Assembly: GCA_000092065.1 (NCBI GenBank)
Contig: CP000583.1
Source: Ostreococcus lucimarinus
Lineage: Eukaryota
Length of the DNA stretch: 64,000 nucleotides
Strand: one strand, 5' to 3'
Shown: positions 57,755 through 64,000 of the stretch, piece by piece
Position numbering within the stretch: the stretch's first letter is position 1
Layout: each line of letters begins with the position of its first letter
Notes under the pieces: model-generated
Databases searched by the model: none
The model's input: the letters and a program-made list of their open reading frames with translations, nothing else
Told to the model about the DNA's origin: nothing
Made by a program: the position numbers and the translations under genes

Positions 57755-59926
57755 TCAAATTTGTTCCGCGTTCATCTCTTCGGCTTCAGCCAAGACACCT
57801 TCCAAACGTTCCCACTCTGCGTAATAAAGCTCTTGCTTGGCCACCTTGGCGTCTTTTTTCTTTTGGATTTCCAAAGCTTTGGAGACGTCTGCACCAGCAT
57901 TGAAGAGCTCGGAATCAAAGGTAGTGATCTCCTTGTCCAAGACTTCGAGCGCTTTCTCAATCTTCGCTATGAGGCCAGGCGCATTGTGCGCTTCACGCAA
58001 TAGCTCGCGCTTGCGCTTCTCTTCCTCTTTCGCGGCTTCTTTATCCTCTTCGCTCGCAAATTCGATAGTCTTAACTTTTTTGCCGATCTTTTTGTCCTCG
58101 GCGTCTTGTTCCTGCTTCTTCACATAGTCGCGCAGTTCGGAGTAGGATCCAGACCAGTCAGAAATCCCACCTTCGCCATCAAAGACGAAGATGTGATCTG
58201 CCAAGTTGTTCACGAATTGTCTATCGTGACTCACTATGAGGACACAGCCATCAAAATTCGAGAGCATATCCTCGAGTGCTTCGATAGTGTCCAAGTCTAA
58301 ATCATTCGTCGGCTCATCGAGGATCAGAAAGTTTGGACAGAGGGCCAAGACAGTGAGCATCTGAAGCCTTCTCTGCTCACCACCGCTCAAAGCTCCGATT
58401 TGTACTGCTTGTTTACCATCTGTGAAGTTGAATCGCTCGAGCAAGGTGTAAACACTCAATCTTTGTCCGGCAAAACCACCAATCAGGTCCTTTGCCTCAC
58501 CCTCAATTTCCTTCACGTAGTCGACAACGCGTTGCGTCGGGTCACGAAAGTTCACGACTTGGCTGTAATAGCCGAAAGACACCGTCTCGCCGACTGAAAC
58601 CCAACCCGCATCGAGGGGGACTTGCCCTAAGATGGTTTTGATGAGCGTCGTCTTGCCAGCACCGTTGGGCCCGACGAGGCCGATTTTCTCACCCTTATTG
58701 AATGCATAGCTGAAACCATTCAATATCGTCTTATTGCCGAATGAAAGACGCGCCTCGTCGAATTCCACGATAACATCGCCCATTCTAGAAGATGACACCT
58801 CTCCAAGCTCGATTGTTTTCGTTTTCGTGCCTTTGTAGTTGACTTTGTTTGTCAAGTCAGAGAAGCGTTCAATACGAGCCTTCTCTTTGGTCGATCGAGC
58901 CTTCGGTTGTCGACGCATCCATTCTTGTTCTCTTCTGAAAGTGTTCTTCGCCGCTTGTAACTGTTGCGCTTCCGTCGACCAACGCTCTGCACGCTGCTCG
59001 AGAAACGTCGCGTAGCCGCCGCGGTGTCTGTATGACCCTCCCCTTCCGTCGAGCTCGATAATGTCTGGACAAACGTTATCGATGAACATTCTGTCGTGAC
59101 TCACCAACAGTACCGTGAGTTTGGGATCTTGAAGTTGACCTTCCAACCATTCCACGCCCTCGACGGATAAATGATTCGTAGGCTCGTCTAAAATTAACAG
59201 ATCCGGCGTCTCCACGAGCGCCGCCGCCAACGCCACGCGCTTTCGCTGCCCTCCCGAAAGTTCGCCCATTTTATTCTCGATGAACGAATCGCACCCGAGC
59301 TTTTTCAACGCAACTTGCGTCTTTTCTTCTAAATCCCAAGCCCCCAGCGCGTCCATATCCGCGATCGCGGCCGACATCAACCCTTCGTCGAGCGTTCCTC
59401 GAGCGGCAGCCGCCATCACCGCGTCGTATTTTCTCAACGCTCGCATCACCGGCGTATCGCTCGCGTACACCGCATCAATCACCGTGAGTTCGGCATCAAA
59501 GTCCGGTTCTTGATCGACAAAGCACACTCGCAGCCCTTTCCTGCGCCACACCTCCCCATCCTCCAGCCCGACTTTTCGGCCTCCCAAAACCTGCAGCAAG
59601 GTTGACTTCCCACTCCCGTTCGGTCCGACGATCGCCACCTTTTGCCCTTCGCTCAGTCCGACGTCGACGTTTAAGAATTGATACCGCTCACCATCGTACG
59701 TTTGTCGGAGATTTTGCGCCGAGAGCACGCTCTCGCGATCGCGCGCGTCGTACGTTTGCTGTCGGCCATCCTTGTAGACGTCGCCGCCGCGTTTGCCCGC
59801 GCCCACGCGCGCGAGTCTTCGCCTCGCGGGCGTTTCGCTCGCGCGCGCGCGACGTGCGCTCGGTGTTTGAGCGTCGCCAGCGCGACTCGCGCGGTGCGGC
59901 GAAGCGAAGCGCGCGGGCGACGCCAT
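57755..59926 (-). CDS. ABC-F family ATPase (two ABC cassettes, no TMD; GCN20/ABCF3-like) with an Arg/Ala-rich N-terminal extension
   Basis: Two Walker A motifs (GPNGSGKST, GPNGAGKTT), two LSGG signature motifs, and an inter-domain linker. Confidence 0.85.
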   Translation of the reverse strand: MASPARFASPHRASRAGDAQTPSARRARASETPARRRLARVGAGKRGGDVYKDGRQQTYDARDRESVLSAQNLRQTYDGERYQFLNVDVGLSEGQKVAIVGPNGSGKSTLLQVLGGRKVGLEDGEVWRRKGLRVCFVDQEPDFDAELTVIDAVYASDTPVMRALRKYDAVMAAAARGTLDEGLMSAAIADMDALGAWDLEEKTQVALKKLGCDSFIENKMGELSGGQRKRVALAAALVETPDLLILDEPTNHLSVEGVEWLEGQLQDPKLTVLLVSHDRMFIDNVCPDIIELDGRGGSYRHRGGYATFLEQRAERWSTEAQQLQAAKNTFRREQEWMRRQPKARSTKEKARIERFSDLTNKVNYKGTKTKTIELGEVSSSRMGDVIVEFDEARLSFGNKTILNGFSYAFNKGEKIGLVGPNGAGKTTLIKTILGQVPLDAGWVSVGETVSFGYYSQVVNFRDPTQRVVDYVKEIEGEAKDLIGGFAGQRLSVYTLLERFNFTDGKQAVQIGALSGGEQRRLQMLTVLALCPNFLILDEPTNDLDLDTIEALEDMLSNFDGCVLIVSHDRQFVNNLADHIFVFDGEGGISDWSGSYSELRDYVKKQEQDAEDKKIGKKVKTIEFASEEDKEAAKEEEKRKRELLREAHNAPGLIAKIEKALEVLDKEITTFDSELFNAGADVSKALEIQKKKDAKVAKQELYYAEWERLEGVLAEAEEMNAEQI

Positions 59927-60028
59927 CGCGACGCGCGCGATGATGCCGACACATCGCGACGCGCGTCGCGACCGAGCGAAGAACCGACGCAGATGCGCGC
60001 GAACTCGCGCGCGCGCGCGACGGCGACG

Positions 60029-60682
60029 ATGCTGGTGCACGCTCGGTGCGCGCGCGCGTCGCGCTCGGCGCGCGCGCGGAGAAGGGCGTGCGCGCGAGCG
60101 AGGCGACGCGTCGGTGCGAGCGGTGACGATGACGAAGGACGCGGTGTTGGACGACGCGAGGACGACGCGAAGAGGGGGGAGTACGACGTGCCGTACGATG
60201 TGGTGAACGCAAAAAGCGATGATCCGTACGAGCTGAGGGTGTACGGGGCGTATTACGTCGCGGCGACCACGTACGAGAATCGCGAGCGAGGGCTGACTAC
60301 GCTGCTAGAGTACTTGGAGGGCGGGAACGTCGAGGGAGCGATGTATCCACCGACGCAGCCTTTGACGACGAGATACTTTGAGGGTGGAAAAACAATGGAA
60401 CTCGCGTTGCTCGGTCGACGAGCCAAGGAAAGTATCGCGGCGCCGTATGAAGATAGCGACGTGAAAGTGGTGGCGGGCGGCGGCGAGTTGTTGGCCGCGA
60501 TGACTTTTGAAGGCAACGCAACGCCCGATGTGGCCGAGTTTTATCGATCTAAACTCGTTTCTGCGTTACAGGCGAATGGTTTGAAGTGTGTGGACGATCA
60601 AGCGTTCCGAATAAACACGTTCGGGCCGTTATATAGTTTGAAGACGCGGCGCAACGAGCTTTTGATGCAAGTGGCAATGTGA
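60029..60682 (+). CDS. SOUL/haem-binding-protein family member
   Basis: YDVPYDVVNAKSDDPYELRVYGAYYVAATTYE ... typical of the SOUL/HBP fold. ATG about 100 bp from the divergent ABC-F start. Confidence 0.65.
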   Translation: MLVHARCARASRSARARRRACARARRRVGASGDDDEGRGVGRREDDAKRGEYDVPYDVVNAKSDDPYELRVYGAYYVAATTYENRERGLTTLLEYLEGGNVEGAMYPPTQPLTTRYFEGGKTMELALLGRRAKESIAAPYEDSDVKVVAGGGELLAAMTFEGNATPDVAEFYRSKLVSALQANGLKCVDDQAFRINTFGPLYSLKTRRNELLMQVAM

Positions 60683-61738
60683 TTCGCGCGCTTCGGGACG
60701 GCGCAAGCGGGCTCTTAGATGTACAGTTTGCGTTTCGTTCTACAATTCTCTAGAAAGCTATAGTAATATACTCTGTTAACGATCGGTATCGCCAACCTGC
60801 TCGGATGACGTGTTGTAAAAGAGAAAACCATCACGCGGTGCAAATTCGAAATTTTTCGAAAATGTCGCCAGCCCCACCGCGCGTAGCTCTCAGAGTCAAC
60901 GGTAACTCTCAATGTGAGTAAAACCAGTAAAATTATGTCAGTGCGTAGCGTGTCCTTTACGCTGTCCGGCCAGCAACCTCGCCGCCTCGACGGCCTCCTT
61001 CGCCAGTCTCTGGTGTTTGCGACGCGCGATTTTCGCATCCGCCGCGGCGCGCTTCTGTGCCGGCGTCAGCGCGTCTCGTCGCCTCTGCGACCGCAGCCGT
61101 TCCTTCTCTCGATGCTCGGGGGTCTGAACCAACCGACGCCGTATGCTTCGCATTCTCTTGCGATCGGATTCCGTCGCGTCGGCCGCGTCGGCCTCGTACT
61201 CCGGCACGATGACTATCGCCACCTTGGTCTCGCCCGCCCCCCCCCCCGTCGCCTCCCTCTCGCCGCTCGCGCCCGTCTCCTCGCCCTCTTCTTCCCCACG
61301 ACCGACCTCGTTCTTTTTTTCTTCCCGCGCGTCGCGGTCGTCCGCGTCCGCGCCGTCGCGCGCCGCTCGCGCGTCCTCCTCCTCGCCGTCGATGAATCGC
61401 AATCGCGGCAGCGCCGCGTCCCGCGCGCGCGCGCGTCTTCCGCCCCTACCCGTCGCCGCCGTCGTCGTCGCCGCCATCGGACGCGCGATCGGGCGACGCG
61501 ATCGACGATCGTCGTCCATCGCGCGCCTCGATCGCGCCGATCGCGCGCGTTCGCGCCGCGCGTCCGACACTCGCGCGACCGCGCGACCGCGCGATCGCGC
61601 GGACGCGCCAGCGGACGCGCCTCGCGGATACGCAGTTACGCTTTGCGCAGTGACGCGGATATCGCGCGCGTCGCGATCGACGTCGATCGATCATCGCGAT
61701 CGACGACGATCGACGCGTCGAGGTTCGATCGATCGTTC

Positions 61739-61853
61739 GGGTCCGCTTTAAGTAGTTTGGGTCCGCTTTAGTGGTATTTGGATCCGTCATGCTATCTTGG
61801 GTCCGCCCTCAGTGGTCGTCCGGCGTCGCGGGTCCGCCCTCGGTGGTATTTTT
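61739..61853. repeat. Five tandem units of about 20-22 bp (GGGTCCGC[C/T]YT-N-AGTGGT...) flanked on both sides by GATC-rich palindromic blocks (61660..61738 and 61858..61960). This composite element ends about 60 bp upstream of the PRPF19 ATG
   Basis: Direct reading: gggtccgctttaagtagttt / gggtccgctttagtggtattt / ggatccgtcatgctatctt / gggtccgccctcagtggtcg... / gggtccgccctcggtggtattttt. The right flank contains (GATC)10. Confidence 0.85.
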
Positions 61854-62023
61854 CGGCGATCGATCGCGACGTCGATCGATCGATCGATCGATCGATCGAT
61901 CGACGCATCGACGCATCGAGGCGTCGATCGCGACGCGCGATCGATCGATCGCGTCGCGCGTCCGTCCGCGCGCGCGTCCGTCCGCGCGCGCCGCCGGCGC
62001 GCGGGAGTGCGCGACGCCGGGGC

Positions 62024-62119
62024 ATGTTTTGCGCGATCAGTGGGGCGGCGCCGGCGCGCCCGGTGGTGACGCCGAGAGGCGTGCTGTACGAGAGATCGTT
62101 GATCGTGAAGGCGATCGAG
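62024..62119 (+). CDS. PRPF19: PRPF19 exon 1 (U-box start MFCAISGAAPARPVVTPRGVLYERSLIVKAIE), followed by a GTGCGC donor
   Basis: Matches the PRP19 U-box N-terminus (human [34 protein letters not shown]). Confidence 0.75.
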
Positions 62120-62252
62120 GTGCGCGCGCGAACCGAGGGCGAGGGGAGGGCGATGGGAGGACGCGCGCGGGCGATCGCGGCGAACGGGGCGCGGATGCGA
62201 CGTGAATTGTGACGCGCGAATGCTGACCGGAACGCGCGATTTACGACGATAG

Positions 62253-63593
62253 GAACGAGGCGAGTGCCCGGTGACGAAAGAATCGCTGAGCGTGGACGAT
62301 TTGATCGAACTCAAGGCGCAGAAATGGGTGAACCCGCGACCGGAGGCGACGATGTCGGTGCCAGGGTTGTTGAGCGCGTTTCACAACGAGTGGGACGCGT
62401 TGATGCTAGAAACGCACACGCTGCGGAAGGAATTACAAACGACCAGGCAAGAGTTGAGTCATGCGTTGTACCAACACGATGCCGCGTGTCGAGTGATCGC
62501 ACGGTTGATGAAGGAGAGAGATGATGCCAGAGACGCGCTCGCGAACGCGAAGGGGTCGGCGAAGCGAAGCGCCGCGGGGGACGCCGAACCGGAATCGAAA
62601 AAGGTCAAGGCGGGACTTCCGGCGGCTGTCGTGGCGAAAATGAATGACGTGCAGAAGGAACTTTCGAGTGGACGCAAGAAGCGCGAAATTTCGAGCGAAT
62701 TGGCGACGATGGGGGATATCTCGGCGTACGAAGCCAAGGTGACGCAAGCTGTGCACAAGACGTCGCCTGCAGGCATCAACGCCGTGGCGATCAAAGCGGG
62801 CGACGATAACGTCATCGCCACGGCGGGTAACGATCATACTGTGGCAATCTTTGACAAAGTAAGCTCGCAGCGCGTTCAGCAGCTCAGCGGACATTCCAAG
62901 AAGGTTCTCGACGTCAAGTTTGTCGGCGACAACGTGTTGTCGTGTGGCGCGGACAAAGTCGTCAAGCTTTGGGGTGCCGATGGCTCTGAGATTGCAACGT
63001 TCGGTGATCACACTGGTGATGTAACCAGCGTCAGCGTGCATCCCTCGAACAGCTATTTTGTGTCCACTTCAACGGACAAGACTTGGGGATTTCACGACCT
63101 TACCACGAGCTCGTGCATCACCTTGGTGAACGACGACACCGATTCTGCCATCACGTGCGCAAATTTCCACCCCGATGGTGTGATTTTGGGAGCGGGCACG
63201 AAGGATTCGGTAGTTAAGCTTTGGGATGCTAAAGATGCGCGCAAGTTGCTTCAATTAGACGGCCATGCGAGCGAGATTACCGGTTTGTCTTTCTCGGAAA
63301 ATGGCTACTATCTCGCCTCTGCGGCTAAGGACGGTGTGAAGATTTGGGACCTTCGAAAGTCCAAGCTCGTTCACGAGATCGAATGTGCTGGCGCACAGGG
63401 CGTTGCTTTCGACCACAGCGGGTCTTACATCGCCACTGGCGGTCACAATGCGTCCGTTTACCAGGTGAAAGGCAAGTGGGAATTGGTCAAGGAGTTTGAG
63501 GTGAAGAAGGCTGTCAAGGCTGTCGCCTTCGGCGGCGACGCGCGGTCGCTCGTCGTCGCTAGTGCCGACCATAACTTGCGTATCTTCGCTTAG
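62253..63593 (+). CDS. PRPF19: PRPF19 exon 2 (ERGECPVTKESLS ... coiled coil ... 7 WD40 repeats, to the stop)
   Basis: HNEWDALMLETHTLRKELQTTRQELSHALYQHDAACRVIARL is near-identical to the PRP19 central region. A TAG acceptor precedes the exon. Boundary +/-2. Confidence 0.8.
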   Translation, partial: ERGECPVTKESLSVDDLIELKAQKWVNPRPEATMSVPGLLSAFHNEWDALMLETHTLRKELQTTRQELSHALYQHDAACRVIARLMKERDDARDALANAKGSAKRSAAGDAEPESKKVKAGLPAAVVAKMNDVQKELSSGRKKREISSELATMGDISAYEAKVTQAVHKTSPAGINAVAIKAGDDNVIATAGNDHTVAIFDKVSSQRVQQLSGHSKKVLDVKFVGDNVLSCGADKVVKLWGADGSEIATFGDHTGDVTSVSVHPSNSYFVSTSTDKTWGFHDLTTSSCITLVNDDTDSAITCANFHPDGVILGAGTKDSVVKLWDAKDARKLLQLDGHASEITGLSFSENGYYLASAAKDGVKIWDLRKSKLVHEIECAGAQGVAFDHSGSYIATGGHNASVYQVKGKWELVKEFEVKKAVKAVAFGGDARSLVVASADHNLRIFA

Positions 63594-63765
63594 ATCTAGG
63601 ATTCGATTAATTTACACACTTCTAAAGTGAGCTAAACCTCTCGCAGTCTCGCGCACAAAGCGCCAGCGCGTCGGCAAATTCGCTAAAACTCGCGCATCAC
63701 CGACCATCGCGAGACGACACGACAGGCGCGAGGTCTACGGCTAAAGCTCGTTACACGATCGACAC

Positions 63766-63981
63766 TCACGATTTCTTCTGCGCCGAGTTTGCGGCTTCGT
63801 CGACCTTAGGGACGTCGTAGCCGCCCATAAACCACTTCTTCAAGTCGAAGTCGTCCGGCGCTGGTTCTAGGTCGTAGTAACGCGCGGCGCCGTACGCAAC
63901 GGCCGCACTGGTGCACAAGAGTATGGTAAACTTGTCGTACGAGCGCATGAAGCGTTTAGCCGCCTCAGATTGCGGCGCCAT
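63766..63981 (-). CDS. Small 71-aa single-TM protein (MAPQSEAAKRFMRSYDKFTILLCTSAAVAYGAARYYDL...), possibly a mitochondrial membrane-complex subunit
   Basis: ATG-initiated complete ORF with one hydrophobic helix and balanced composition. Family not identified. Confidence 0.35.
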   Translation of the reverse strand: MAPQSEAAKRFMRSYDKFTILLCTSAAVAYGAARYYDLEPAPDDFDLKKWFMGGYDVPKVDEAANSAQKKS

Positions 63982-64000
63982 GACGATGCGTGTTCGAGAA

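Noticed and set aside
1-64000. Interpretation as a prokaryotic defence or operon-type 'system'.
   Set aside because: Spliceosomal introns, eukaryotic housekeeping genes (CCT5, NSF, RPL7, PRPF19, IST1), alternating strands without operon structure and eukaryotic poly(A) signals show this is nuclear DNA of a eukaryotic alga. No phage-defence, toxin-antitoxin or mobile-element genes were seen.

Overview
This window is GC-rich (about 65%), gene-dense eukaryotic nuclear DNA, not a prokaryotic locus. The evidence for this is that most genes are single long ORFs, a few have small 5'-biased spliceosomal introns with GTGCG/GTGAG donors and YAG acceptors, and several 3' ends carry TGTAA or AATAAA signals. 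The gene set points to a photosynthetic green-lineage alga: a plant-type Ca-dependent RelA/SpoT homolog (CRSH), a fibrillin (PAP) domain, an ABC1K kinase, HAT repeats, an ENT+Agenet EMSY-like protein and an organellar uL13. A GC-rich prasinophyte such as Micromonas is a guess only. I recognise about 40 protein-coding genes. They include ASNS, CCT5 (4 exons), NSF, RPL7 (2 exons), PRPF19 (2 exons), IST1, FHIT, FAD-dependent glycerol-3-phosphate dehydrogenase, an ABC-F ATPase, a SOUL haem-binding protein, Mpv17/PMP22, a mitochondrial carrier, an MECR-like reductase, a transaldolase, a GNAT, ataxin-10 and an LSm10-like protein. I found no rRNA or tRNA genes, no CRISPR arrays, no transposases and no operons.
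The most interesting items are:
- A single 1211-aa ORF that fuses a CRSH-type (p)ppGpp synthetase, two EF-hands and C-terminal HAT (RNA-binding) repeats.
- An ArsS-type radical SAM/Cys-rich (seleno)protein homolog with a small bacterial-type GT2 transferase 12 kb away, a candidate arsenosugar-type pathway.
- A PRXL2/AhpC-TSA-like domain fused to a fibrillin domain.
- An AT-rich island with host-atypical codon usage, bounded by rearranged roughly 83-bp direct repeats and carrying a TATA box and a mucin/EGF-like secreted protein.
- Palindromic (GATC)n microsatellites placed 15-60 bp upstream of at least four start codons, including a composite GATC-flanked 20-bp tandem array before PRPF19.
Many long ORFs in the supplied track are antisense or out-of-frame artefacts of high GC content and are rejected. 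Many ORF-track start codons are TTG/GTG/CTG; where the first in-frame ATG is clearly better I give that coordinate. Coordinates of small exons are approximate (about +/-2 nt).
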